From Dehalococcoidia bacterium (GTDB lineage: Bacteria; Chloroflexota; Dehalococcoidia; Lucifugimonadales; UBA3495): a stretch of DNA of 64,000 nt. The DNA lies in NCBI GenBank assembly GCA_965237745.1, contig OZ250156.1, forward strand, positions 1,953,426 to 2,017,425, given 5' to 3'. Of the stretch, positions 1 to 10,378 are shown piece after piece. A program made the position numbers and the translations under genes. The notes beneath the pieces were generated by a model that made no database searches, was not told the origin of the DNA, and saw only the letters and a list, made by a program, of their open reading frames with translations. Position 1 is the stretch's first letter, and every line of letters begins with the position of its first letter.

Positions 1-526
1 GCGCGTCATCCAGGCATTGAACCAGCGGCGGCAACACCAAGGGCAACCCAACCGTCGCTTCCTTATACCCGGGCGGTATGCCGAACGTAGCCCAACCCGC
101 CCTGGTTCCTGGCGGGGATGGGTCCGGCGTCACCTTGCTTAGGTCGGTTGGGTTTGTCAGCCCTACGTACACCCATCCGATGAGGGATGCGTCATCATCG
201 TCGCCGACCATCCCCGCTTCAAACAGGTTCCAGAGCGGCAACGGGCGAGCGGGCGAGCTAGAGGACGAGTAGGACGACCAGCCCATAAGCTCGGCGCGTG
301 CCTCGAAGGCCTCTTGAAGGATGCTCACTCTCGTGATGCTCGCGGGAGGGCCATCCCTCTCCCGCCGCTCCTGTTCCCTTTCGGACGCAATCAGGTCCGT
401 GGAAGGAAGTTGCCCGAATGCCTCAAGGATGAGAAATGGCGTCATTGATGTTCCGCTCCGTTCCTGTCTGTCCATACGCGCCGTTCTTGCCTGTTCGTAC
501 CGTTCGTGTCCATCCGTGGGCACCAT
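1..526 (-). CDS. hypothetical protein, partial (3' end beyond window edge)
   Basis: Own minus-strand translation: ATG at 526-524, open to position 1 (MVPTDGHERYEQART...SLIGWVYVGLTNPTDLSKV...). Absent from the ORF track because there is no stop in the window. No family recognised. Confidence 0.3.
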   Translation of the reverse strand, partial: MVPTDGHERYEQARTARMDRQERSGTSMTPFLILEAFGQLPSTDLIASEREQERRERDGPPASITRVSILQEAFEARAELMGWSSYSSSSSPARPLPLWNLFEAGMVGDDDDASLIGWVYVGLTNPTDLSKVTPDPSPPGTRAGWATFGIPPGYKEATVGLPLVLPPLVQCLDDA

Positions 527-1026
527 TGCTTCCAGCTTGAACCCGGCATATACCTAACACGAATACTGACTTGCAGACAGTCTCATCTGCCCGATTCTAC
601 CGGGTTTATGCTGCTGGTCGGCCCGGATACGCGGCCAAGTGGTCTATCTCGATAGCGCCAGAGCTATCGCGCCCAGGAAGGCAACGCCGACAGCAACCGT
701 CAGCATGGCTTCTCACCTGCTGATGGATTCTGGCCACTCGGCCACCGGGGTGATCTCCCGGTGGCCGAACTTTTGGTCCGGTATGATATTTCGCTGCTTC
801 TTGTGCGGGCCGGTCTGCGTTGGCCCTGATGTTCCCTGGCCTCAGTGCCTTACAAGTTGGGCCGACACTGGAAGTCAGCCGTCTTGATGACCGTGTTTGG
901 GAAATCGCGCTGGCCGACAAGATCAACGTCCGTGATGCTCCGATAGCGATAATACCTTGTGCCCTTGGTGCAAAGATACCGGGCGTTCACCCTGTCCCCG
1001 CTCCGCACGTTGTCGGCCCTGACAGT

Positions 1027-1450
1027 CTCCGTCTCAAGACAGACGAGGGCTGGACCGCTGCCCAAGTGGCCGCCACCCTAGACGTCTCGGAGCGTACCGT
1101 GTTCCGCACCAAGCAGCACTATGCCGAGGAGGGACTGGAGGAGGTGCTGCGGGGCCGCAACCAGAGCACCAGGCGCCGGAGCTGGACGACCGCGGCGAGG
1201 CCCACCTGGTAGCCTTGGCCTGCAGCCCGGCTCCCGAGGGCCACGACCACTTGATGCTGCGAGCGCTGGCGGGAAAGGAAGTTGAACTGAGACTGGTGGA
1301 ATCGCTGTCCCACGAGACGGTGCGCCTGCATCTGAAAAAAGCACCCTCAAGCCGTGGCAGAAGCAGCAATGGTGCATCCCCAAAGTAGGCGGGGAATTCG
1401 TGGCGGCAATGGAGGACGTGCTGGAGCTTTACGCCGAGCCCTTTGACTCC
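1027..1450 (+). pseudogene. IS630-family transposase fragment (HTH plus linker; at least two frameshifts; truncated at both ends)
   Basis: DEGWTAAQVAATLDVSERTVFRTKQHYAEEGLEEVL (HTH) in one frame. LDDRGEAHLVALACSPAPEGHDH...SLSHETVRLHLKK in a second frame. STLKPWQKQQWCIPKVGGEFVAAMEDVLELYAEPFDS in a third. Ends where an unrelated IS fragment abuts. Confidence 0.6.
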
Positions 1451-1473
1451 CGGAAGGATGGCGACATCCCGAA

Positions 1474-1704
1474 GGCGTCGTCGTCCCAAGGGGAGTCGGT
1501 GAGAAACCGCGGCATCGCCCGGGCCGATGCCGGAACCGCCTCCGACAGATTCTCTGCGTTGCGACGCTCCCAGGACTGCACCAGCAGGGCCTGGAGATAA
1601 TGCCAGCTCAGATCACGCGCCTCCCTGCGGCCAAAAACCGGGGCAAAGTGGGAGTGAAAATTCTGAAAAGCCTCGTGCACCCGCTCGAAAACCGCCGCAT
1701 CCAT
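1474..1704 (-). pseudogene. IS701-family transposase N-terminal fragment
   Basis: MDAAVFERVHEAFQNFHSHFAPVFGRREARDLSWHYLQALLVQSWERRNAENLSEAVPASARAMPRFLTDSPWDDDA matches the N-terminal layout of IS701/ISAzo13-type transposases. No DDE domain follows. Confidence 0.55.
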
Positions 1705-1854
1705 CTCTCTACCCCACCTGCCCAAACCTCCCCCAACCTGCTGGTGATCCTAGCATACCAACCGTCGTTGTAATATTAGGAGCCCGTCCGAGAAACACGG
1801 TTGGCGAGTTGCTGGGGGTATGATGGGGCGAACATGCGGCGAGGATAGGCGTTG

Positions 1855-1922
1855 ATGAGCAAGACCTTCCGTCCCTACGACCCGGAGCAGCAGTTGCTGC
1901 TGCCGGCGGCGCTGCAGGAATC
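1855..1922 (+). pseudogene. IS1182/IS5-like transposase N-terminal remnant (about 22 codons)
   Basis: MSKTFRPYDPEQQLLLPAALQE is the characteristic N-terminus (FRPYDP.Q.LLLP) of the DUF772-type transposase domain. The reading frame decays immediately after. Confidence 0.4.
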
Positions 1923-2136
1923 TCGCTCAAGATTGCCGGAGAGAGCATAGCTGGAACACTATCCCAGTCTCAACATCCGTATTCTCGCAGAACGCGTTTC
2001 TCCAGAGAACATGCGCCGACCCGGAACGGAGAGCACATTTCGGCATTCTGGAACTGCGAGCGACCGGGCGAGTTGACCGGGGCGAAGACCTGCAATTTCG
2101 CGGCCTCCTGGGCCACACCGCGGTTTGCTGTGACTT

Positions 2137-3085
<949 letters not shown>

Positions 3086-3105
<20 letters not shown>

Positions 3106-4087
3106 CCTGCATTTCCTCCTTCTGGCTCACCAGCCAGCACATTGCTTTCCAGTCTTCACCGGGGCTGCAAACGGGCGGCTCCTCTACCCTGCAGCGATCC
3201 ATTACCTGGGGGCAGCGTGGGTGGAAGTAACACCCTTGAGGCAGCGACGCCAAGTTGGGCGGATGCCCGGGGATTGCAAACAACGGTTCTTTGCTGCCAA
3301 TCTTAGGGATCGATCCCAAGAGGGCCTGGGTGTAGGGATGCTGGGGGTCGCGGAAGACTTCCCTCACGCTCCCCTGCTCCACGATCTGACCCGCGTACAT
3401 CACGGCCAGCTTGTCGCACATCTTGGCCACGATGCCCAAATTGTGGGTAACGAAGATCAGCCCGACCCCCATTTCCCGTTGGATATCTTTTAGAAGATTC
3501 AGGTACTGAGCCTGAATAGTCACATCAAGGTTGGTCGTGGGTTCATCAGCGATTATCAATCCTGGGCCACCGGCGAGGGCAATTGCCCCCACGATGCGCT
3601 GGCGCATACCGCCGCTCATCTGGTGCGGGTATTCCTTCATCCTCGTTTCGGGGGACGGGATACGCACAGACTGGAGCAGGCTCCTCACTCGCTCCCTCAA
3701 AGCACGGCCATGCAGGTCCTGATGATAGTACGCCGGTTCGCCCACCTGCGTTCGGATGCTGAACAGAGGGTTGAGCGAAGCCATAGGGTCCTGGAGAATC
3801 ATGGCAATGCGGCTGCCTCGAATGCGGCGCATCTCGCCGTTGGATTTCTTGGTGAGGTCGTCGCCTTCGAATTCGATGCTGCCCTCCACGATTCGACCAG
3901 CGGGCGGCAGAAGGCGGACCAAGGAGAGGCAGGTTGTGGTCTTGCCACACCCCGACTCGCCGACCAGACCCATGGTCTCGCCTGCTTCCAGCGTGAAATC
4001 AATGCCGTCCACGGCCTTCACCACACGCGTGCCGCGAAAGGTGAAGAAGTGGGTCTTCAGGCCCGACACTTTTAGCAAAGGAGGCAT
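3086..4087 (-). CDS. peptide/nickel-type ABC transporter ATP-binding protein (OppD/DppD-like)
   Basis: Walker A GESGCGKTT, signature MSGGMRQRIVGAIAL, Walker B LIIADEPTT, C-terminal GCYFHPRCPQV. 20-nt overlap with the downstream ATPase gene. Confidence 0.9.
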
Positions 4088-4105
4088 AGGTCGCTTCCTC
4101 TTTCC

Positions 4106-5011
4106 CTAGAGATTCCTCAACTGTGGGTCCAACTTGACGCGGAGCCAGTCGCCCATAACCTGGGTGGCCAGCACCACCAGCATGATGGCCAGGCCTGGGA
4201 AGACGGTCAGCCACCACCGGCCAGTCAGCAGCGTGGGCCTGGCCTCCGCCAACATCGAACCCCACGCTGGGGCCGGAGGCGGCACGCCGACTCCCAAGAA
4301 GCTCAGGGAGGCCTCGGCGATGATGACCACACCGATAGTCAGGCTGGCCAACACTATTGTGGTGTTCATCACGTTGGGTACGATGTGGCGAATCATTACT
4401 CTGAACTTGGTGGCGCCGGCCACCTCGGCCAGCTTCACATACTCCCGCTCCCGGAGGCTGAGCACCTCACCGCGGATAACCCTGGCGTATCGCGTCCAGA
4501 ACACCGCCCCCAGGATAATGACGATGTTCCACATACTTGGTCCCACGAGGGTTGCCAGGAATATGGCGAATATGAGCGAGGGGAGCGCCAGCCAAGCATC
4601 GGTGATACGCATTATTGTCGTGTCCACCCACCTCCCCATGTAGCCGGAAAGCACTCCCATCGCGGTGCCGATTGCTGCGGCGGCGAGGGTGCCCACAAGC
4701 CCCACAATGATGGAGACACGGCTCCCATGAACCAAGCGGCTGAACACGTCCCGCCCTTGGAAGTCAGTGCCCAGAATGGCCGTAGAGCTGCCCCCTTCCA
4801 ACCACATGGGCGGCGCAAAGAATGCGGGCTCGATATTTTCCACGGGCAGTTCCGGGTCATGGGGGGCTATGACGTTGGCGAAGATGGCCAAGATACCCAG
4901 GAGCGAAATGATCACGACCGCCAGCACGGGCATTTCGCGTACTGTCCGCAGCCCTGCTTTCACGCTCTGGATTCTGGGAATAGCCCTCCCCGGTACAGCT
5001 ACAGTTGCCAT
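4106..5011 (-). CDS. ABC transporter permease (DppC/OppC-like)
   Basis: Multi-TM protein with the conserved cytoplasmic loop region (YVKLAEVAGATKFRVMIRHIVPN). Operon context. Confidence 0.85.
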   Translation of the reverse strand: MATVAVPGRAIPRIQSVKAGLRTVREMPVLAVVIISLLGILAIFANVIAPHDPELPVENIEPAFFAPPMWLEGGSSTAILGTDFQGRDVFSRLVHGSRVSIIVGLVGTLAAAAIGTAMGVLSGYMGRWVDTTIMRITDAWLALPSLIFAIFLATLVGPSMWNIVIILGAVFWTRYARVIRGEVLSLREREYVKLAEVAGATKFRVMIRHIVPNVMNTTIVLASLTIGVVIIAEASLSFLGVGVPPPAPAWGSMLAEARPTLLTGRWWLTVFPGLAIMLVVLATQVMGDWLRVKLDPQLRNL

Positions 5012-5022
5012 AAGCGCTCATC

Positions 5023-5946
5023 CTACCGTGTGAGACGGATTCGAGGGTCAATGTAGGCGTACGCGATGTCCACCACGAAGTTCGCGATCACAATCAGGAT
5101 GCCGATCATAATGACGGCCCCCTGCACCAGAGGGAAGTCCCGCTGGAATATGCCGGCATAGAGCAGGCTTCCCACACCCGGCCAAGCGAAGATGACCTCG
5201 ATGACCACCGCGGTATTCAGCAGCAGTACAAGGTATATACCTGCCCAGGTCACCACGGGGATCAGGGCGTTCTTGAAGGCGTGTTTGCCGATGACGACAT
5301 AGTCCGGCATACCCTTCAGTCTTGCCAGCTTGATGTACTCGCTGCCGAGCACGTCCAGCATGCTGGAGCGGGTCAGGCGCATGAAGGAGGCGGCAAAGTA
5401 CCACCCCAACGCAATGCAGGGTAAGACCAAGTGGGAAAAGCCTCCCTTACCGGCCACCGGCAGCACGCTGAGGTACAACCCGAACACGATAAGAAGCACC
5501 AGCGCTAACCAGAAATTGGGAATTGCCAGCCCAAGCAGGGCGACTATCTTACCCAGGCTGTCCCACCATGTGTTGAGCTTGACCGCCGACAGGATGCCCA
5601 AGGGAATCCCGACTACCATGGCAAAAATGAGAGCGCCGGCGGCAAGCTGGAGGGATGCCGTAAACCGCTGGAAGTACAACTCACGCACAGGGCGGTTGAA
5701 CTGGAACGATTGCCCAATGTCTCCCTTGAACACGTTGCTCATAAAGGAGAAATACTGTTCGGGATAGGACTTGTCCAAGCCCCACTGGGCCCGCAGACGG
5801 GCCAGATCTTCCTCGCGGGCGCCAGGTTCGGAATACAGCCGCGCCGGGTCGCCCCCGGCAATCCTCACGAGGCTGAAGATGGTGACGCTGATTATCAGGA
5901 GGGTAATTATGCTGTAAAAGAAACGCCGTAAGATGAACTGTCGCAC
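5023..5946 (-). CDS. ABC transporter permease (DppB/OppB-like)
   Basis: N-terminus MRQFILRRFFYSIITLLII and loop YIKLARLKGMPDYVVIGKHAFKNALIPV are typical of this family. GTG start preceded by AAGGTGAGG. Confidence 0.85.
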   Translation of the reverse strand: MRQFILRRFFYSIITLLIISVTIFSLVRIAGGDPARLYSEPGAREEDLARLRAQWGLDKSYPEQYFSFMSNVFKGDIGQSFQFNRPVRELYFQRFTASLQLAAGALIFAMVVGIPLGILSAVKLNTWWDSLGKIVALLGLAIPNFWLALVLLIVFGLYLSVLPVAGKGGFSHLVLPCIALGWYFAASFMRLTRSSMLDVLGSEYIKLARLKGMPDYVVIGKHAFKNALIPVVTWAGIYLVLLLNTAVVIEVIFAWPGVGSLLYAGIFQRDFPLVQGAVIMIGILIVIANFVVDIAYAYIDPRIRLTR

Positions 5947-5959
5947 TTTACCTCACCTT

Positions 5960-5995
5960 TATGCCACCCGACTCTGGTATGCCACCCGACTCCGG
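5960..5995. repeat. 18-bp tandem duplication (2 copies) just upstream of the permease start
   Basis: tatgccacccgactctgg / tatgccacccgactccgg read directly at 5960-5977 and 5978-5995. Confidence 0.8.
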
Positions 5996-6068
5996 CGTGG
6001 TTGCGAAAAATCGTTGCCCTGACCTCGCTGTTCTTCCGGGCCTCACGGGCCCATCAAATCTCGAAGTC

Positions 6069-6518
6069 TCATTCCCGGTCGATGATGAGCTGGCGACCAA
6101 TGTCCCAACTCTCATCCATTACTCCCATCACCACGTTGGTCTCATAGGCCAAATTCACCACCACTCGGTGCGGCGTAATTATGTCCCTTGACTTAATCCC
6201 GGCGCGGTCTCCCACTCCGGGATGCCTGCTCTCGAAGTAGAAGGTGTATTCGTAGCATCCCGGGCAGAATTTGATGGCCCGGCTGGTTTCCAGCTTGAAG
6301 GTTTCTTCTATGCCGTCAAAACGGAAGGTAGGCGAATTTCGGACGAATTCCTCGGCTACCTGAATGCTGGCGGAACTGCCGACCGGCCCGGTGAGAGGAT
6401 AGTAGGCCGCGGCGGCCGCGCCACCCAAGACCAGCAGCACGGCCAGCAGCGGCATGTGCCGGAATCGCCGGTCGAACAATCGTATCCGACCGTAGACGTT
6501 TACCAGTTGCGCCCTCAA
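6069..6518 (-). CDS. hypothetical membrane-anchored protein embedded in the ABC operon
   Basis: 149-aa ORF with one N-terminal hydrophobic helix (PLLAVLLVLGGAAAAAYY) followed by a soluble domain containing CPGCYEY. No family recognised. Start may be the internal M at 6455. Confidence 0.5.
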   Translation of the reverse strand: MRAQLVNVYGRIRLFDRRFRHMPLLAVLLVLGGAAAAAYYPLTGPVGSSASIQVAEEFVRNSPTFRFDGIEETFKLETSRAIKFCPGCYEYTFYFESRHPGVGDRAGIKSRDIITPHRVVVNLAYETNVVMGVMDESWDIGRQLIIDRE

Positions 6519-6546
6519 CCCAATTCCTTCCTGTCGTGGTTCCGGC

Positions 6547-8298
6547 CTAATTGTCTACCACTTTCCAGTTCTCCCAGGGCGGACCATAGAACTCCATCTG
6601 GGGATTGGCGAAGATTTCCTTGCCTTCGCCCCACTGGTCGCGGTTGGCGATGCGCGGGCCGATGGCGTTGATAAAGCTGAACCAATAGATGGGAATTTTG
6701 TAGAATCCTGCGGACAGTTTATCTTGGGCGTCAGCCGCTAATCGTTCGCGCTCGTCAGGGTCAACCGACGCCTCGTATTGCGATATTACACCGTCGATTT
6801 CAGGGTCGCACATTCGGGAAGAGGCGGCCTCGCACCCGACATAGGCGTTGAAGCGGGCAACGAAAGCGCCGGTGGTTCCGGTGCCGATCAGCAGTATCTG
6901 AGTCTCCCCTCCCCATGCATCATTGCGCTCTTGGTAAGTATCTCCTTCCGCCAACCGGTCGAAGTAAGTGCCACGCTCCATGGTCTGCAACTTGGCGTTT
7001 ATGCCGATGCGACGGATCTGGCTTATAACCCTCTCACCCAGGCTGAAGTAGTTGGGAATGGGGCTGAGCCATTCAACGTCGAACCCATCCGGGTGACCGG
7101 CCTCGGCCATCAATTGCTTGGCCCTGTCCAAGTCCTCCTCAGGCGCTTCGAGGGGGGGCGCCAAAAGGATGTTGGGCGGAATCCAGTAGTTGGCGGGCTT
7201 GGCGTGTCCTCCGGTCTCCGCGTCGCTGATGGCCTGCCGGTCCAGGGCCAGGCCCACCGCTTCGCGCACCCGGGCATCGTTGAAGGGATTGTCAGGGTTG
7301 TGCATATGGGGGAATTCCAGCCAGAAAACGGAGGTGGTCAGCGTCGGAACCAAGAGCAGGTCGGGATTATCAACCACGCGCTCTATCAGCTCCCCCGCTA
7401 CGTTGTACATCACGTCCACGTCTCCGGCTTCGATGAGAGCCAGACGTGTGGTTGGTTCCTGCACCGACCGCATGGTGAATTCCTTCACATGCACCGGCCG
7501 GTGGTAGTCCTCAAAAGCCTCAAACCTCAGACTGTCGCCCGGTAGTTCTTCGAGCAACTTGAAGGGACCGGCGCCCACCGGCGCCTGGATAAATCCCTCA
7601 TTTCCGACTTCCTGATAATAATCCGCCGGCACGACAAATCCGGCGCCGGTGGAAAAAGTGCCGTAGAGCAACAGGAAGTCCAAGAAGGGCGCGTTGAAAT
7701 TGAAGCGGATGGTGCTGGGGTCAATGACGTCAACGCCCGCAGTGCTTGCTTGAAACACGTCTGCTTGGGCGCCACTGTAGTTCTCGAAGGTGAACTTCAC
7801 GTCCTCGGTCGTGACCGGCTCTCCGTTGTGGAATGAGGTACCGGGTCGCATCTGGAACGTGATGCTCGAGAAGTCCTCGGCCCACTCCCAACTCTCAGCC
7901 AGACTGGGCGTATTGAGAGCCTGGGGCATTATCTTCACCACTGCATCGTGCAGCGCGTAGGCGAAGTTGTAGGGAGTTGCCATCGCCGGGTTGTCCTGGG
8001 GGTCCAGCCAACTGGATGACAGGCCGGCGTGCCACGCAAGGCTCATCTCGCCTGAAGCAACCACGCTGGCCTGAGCCGGGGTCGGGGCGGAAGTTGGCGC
8101 GGCGGCAGGCGTGGGAGCCTGGGGATTGGTTGCGGTGACCGGTGCCGGAGCCTCAGTGGCGGCCGGCGCCGGGGCAGACGTGGCGGGGGCCTCCGGCGCA
8201 GTGGTGGCGGCTTCGCCACAACCGACGGCCGTTAAAAGAGCTAGCGCCAAGGCAGTAACCAGAAACAACGCAGGTTTTCGAAGCCGGCTCCATACCAT
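6547..8298 (-). CDS. ABC transporter substrate-binding lipoprotein, family 5 (peptide/nickel type)
   Basis: Signal peptide plus lipobox (LLTAVGCGEA), Ala/Pro/Thr-rich linker, then a family-5 SBP-like body. Start set at MVWSRLRK (8298) rather than the track start at 8355. Confidence 0.85.
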   Translation of the reverse strand: MVWSRLRKPALFLVTALALALLTAVGCGEAATTAPEAPATSAPAPAATEAPAPVTATNPQAPTPAAAPTSAPTPAQASVVASGEMSLAWHAGLSSSWLDPQDNPAMATPYNFAYALHDAVVKIMPQALNTPSLAESWEWAEDFSSITFQMRPGTSFHNGEPVTTEDVKFTFENYSGAQADVFQASTAGVDVIDPSTIRFNFNAPFLDFLLLYGTFSTGAGFVVPADYYQEVGNEGFIQAPVGAGPFKLLEELPGDSLRFEAFEDYHRPVHVKEFTMRSVQEPTTRLALIEAGDVDVMYNVAGELIERVVDNPDLLLVPTLTTSVFWLEFPHMHNPDNPFNDARVREAVGLALDRQAISDAETGGHAKPANYWIPPNILLAPPLEAPEEDLDRAKQLMAEAGHPDGFDVEWLSPIPNYFSLGERVISQIRRIGINAKLQTMERGTYFDRLAEGDTYQERNDAWGGETQILLIGTGTTGAFVARFNAYVGCEAASSRMCDPEIDGVISQYEASVDPDERERLAADAQDKLSAGFYKIPIYWFSFINAIGPRIANRDQWGEGKEIFANPQMEFYGPPWENWKVVDN

Positions 8299-8651
8299 GC
8301 TGGACCTCCAATGGGGTGGAGAATAACCGCAGGCGACACGAGAGCGAATCGACAATTGCCAACCCCCAATGACTGAGGAGACCAGATACAGCGCCGAGAA
8401 AAAATGGATGCTTCTTAGGTCTTGCCTGGTGGATGACCTGCCTCAAACATCTGGAGGGCGTGAGAGAGGGTCGAGTCTTGTCAATTTGACTGCCGTTCCC
8501 GGAATCTACGCGAGTCCGACGCGGCTCACTCCCGAACTCGGGCAAACCCGTACGGTGCCATTCCCTCGGTGATGTTCCAGATCCTTCCTGCGCCGGCCCG
8601 GCTGCCGTTCCATTGCGCCGGTCCGTGATTTTGGCTTAAAGTGGGGTCGCG

Positions 8652-9686
8652 ATGCAGACCGAGCGGTGGCAATTCGGTGATTGGGAAGATGCTCTGGAAT
8701 TCTATTTCCGGGAGGGTCTGACTGACGGGTTGCCTGTCGTTCCGCCCACTCCGGAACGGGTTCAGGCCCTGTTGGACTACTGCGGACTGGCCCCGGAGGA
8801 TATCTTGGGAACCGAGGGCATCCGGCACAAGCGGTTCCCCGCTGGGAAAGTGGCGGTCAGCGCGGTGATGGCCGGCTGCCTGCCGGAGCATTTCCCGGTG
8901 GTCGTGGCGGCGGTGTCCGCGGTCTGCGACCGCACCTACAACTTCCACGCCAGCAGCACGTCAACCAACGGGATCGCCAACCTTGTGCTGGTCAGCGGTC
9001 CCTACGCCTCCCGCATCGGCATGAATCAGGGGGTCAACCTCTTCGGCAACGGGAACCGGGCCAACGCCGCCATCGGCAGGGCCGTCAATCTGATCAAGGC
9101 CAACTTTTACGGCTCGATTTCTCAGGAAATGGACAAGAGCACTTTCGGACACTCCGGAAAGTACAGCTTTTGCTTCGCGGAGGACCTGGAAACGAGCCCT
9201 TGGCCCTCTCTGGCCGAAGTGAAGGGTTTTCGCCGGGACGCCAGTGTGGTCACAATGGTTGCCGCCAACGCTCCGTTGCAATTGGAAACCCACGGCGACC
9301 GGGACCCAGAGGGCTTCCTCACCGCAGCCGCCCACGCGATGTTGGGGTTCGGGCCAAGGCTATCGGAAGTTGTGCTGGTGATCAGCCAAGAGTTGATGGC
9401 ATACGTGGCGGCCTCCGGCTGGAACCGCTCCCAAGTGGCCGAATTCCTTGATGAAAAGACCAAGCGGCCTGCGGGCGAGTGGGATCTGTGGCGGCGCATT
9501 GACAGACTTCCGCCGGACGCGGACCGCGAATTGTTAATGGGTTGCGTTGCCGGCCCTGACCGGATAACCGTCGTCCCGGCGGGCGGCGACGCCGGGGAAT
9601 TCATGGCGCTCATTACGTCTTGGGGAAGCAGCCGTTCCGTAACCAAGGAAATAGCGGTACCCCGCCAGGAGGTGGACGACGCATGA
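8652..9686 (+). CDS. conserved hypothetical protein (partner of the UGSC selenoprotein gene)
   Basis: 344-aa ORF with coding-like composition (GLTDGLPVVPPTPERV...). Its TGA overlaps the downstream ATG (ATGA at 9683-9686). No family recognised. Confidence 0.6.
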   Translation: MQTERWQFGDWEDALEFYFREGLTDGLPVVPPTPERVQALLDYCGLAPEDILGTEGIRHKRFPAGKVAVSAVMAGCLPEHFPVVVAAVSAVCDRTYNFHASSTSTNGIANLVLVSGPYASRIGMNQGVNLFGNGNRANAAIGRAVNLIKANFYGSISQEMDKSTFGHSGKYSFCFAEDLETSPWPSLAEVKGFRRDASVVTMVAANAPLQLETHGDRDPEGFLTAAAHAMLGFGPRLSEVVLVISQELMAYVAASGWNRSQVAEFLDEKTKRPAGEWDLWRRIDRLPPDADRELLMGCVAGPDRITVVPAGGDAGEFMALITSWGSSRSVTKEIAVPRQEVDDA

Positions 9687-10213
9687 CAAGCATCTACACT
9701 CTCGACCCCAGGGACACGGCAGAGACGTCGCCGGCGGCGCTGGCCATTCGTCCGGCCAGCCTTGACGGCAAGACGCTTGGCCTGCTTTCCAACAACAAGC
9801 CCCACTCCGAGGAGTTGCTGCGGATGGTGGCCGGTATAGTCGGCCAGCGCTACTCTCTGGCGGAGGTTGTGGAATACAACAAGGGAGGCCACCAGTGGCC
9901 TGCCGATCGTTCCGCCCTGGAGGACCTTGCCCGCCGTTGCGATGTGATGATTCACGCCACCGCGGAATGAGGGTCCTGCACGTCGTGCAGTGTGCATGAC
10001 GCGATGGAGATGGAGCTGTTGGGAGTGGCCTCCACAGTACTGACGACTAGGCCCTTCGTCACCCAGGCCCGGGCAATGGCCCGACTGCGCGGCGACGCCG
10101 ACTACGGACTTGCCGTTATCGACCACCCGATCGTCACGCTGACCCCAGAGGAGTTGGCGGTCCGAGCCACAGTCGCCGCCCCACAGGCGATACGTCATTT
10201 GTTGGACAGGTAA
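9683..10213 (+). CDS. UGSC-family selenoprotein candidate (in-frame TGA at 9968-9970 read as Sec)
   Basis: Track ORFs 9620-9970 and 9992-10213 are in the same frame, separated only by the TGA and six sense codons. Read-through gives ...HATAE-U-GSCTSCSVHD...; the U-G-S-C motif matches the family name as I recall it. A hairpin lies directly 3' of the TGA. Confidence 0.65.
9973..10000 (+). promoter_or_regulatory. candidate bacterial SECIS hairpin
   Basis: gtcctgcac (9973-9981) pairs with gtgcatgac (9992-10000) with one mismatch and a 10-nt loop GUCGUGCAGU. An alternative perfect 6-bp stem is ctgcac/gtgcag (9976-9990). The structure starts 3 nt after the UGA. Confidence 0.45.
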
Positions 10214-10294
10214 CCCGGGGCAGGGACGCGTATTTTGTCAACGGCCATGTCCCTCGCTTGGTCGACAATGGTATCTGATGTTGATGCCTGTAGA

Positions 10295-10378
10295 GTTGAC
10301 GGGATTCGGGTGGACTGACGCTTCACCACCGGGGACGCCCGCATCAAGCTCAAGTCTCTCTACCCATCAATACAATAG
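10295..10378 (+). pseudogene. IS630-family transposase C-terminal remnant
   Basis: VDGIRVD*RFTTGDARIKLKSLYPSIQ* resembles the ...DW.FTT.DARIKLK.LYP C-terminal tail of IS630-type transposases. The expected W codon is TGA. Confidence 0.45.

Noticed and set aside
606-1065. Minus-strand ORFs 606-926 and 850-1065
   Set aside because: No motifs recognised (a faint TnpB-like DRVNA string is not convincing). They overlap the start of the IS630 fragment. Left unannotated as probable further IS debris.
9122-10198. 358-aa minus-strand ORF
   Set aside because: Antisense to the 344-aa gene and the selenoprotein gene. No motifs, biased composition. The plus-strand genes show operon logic (ATGA coupling).
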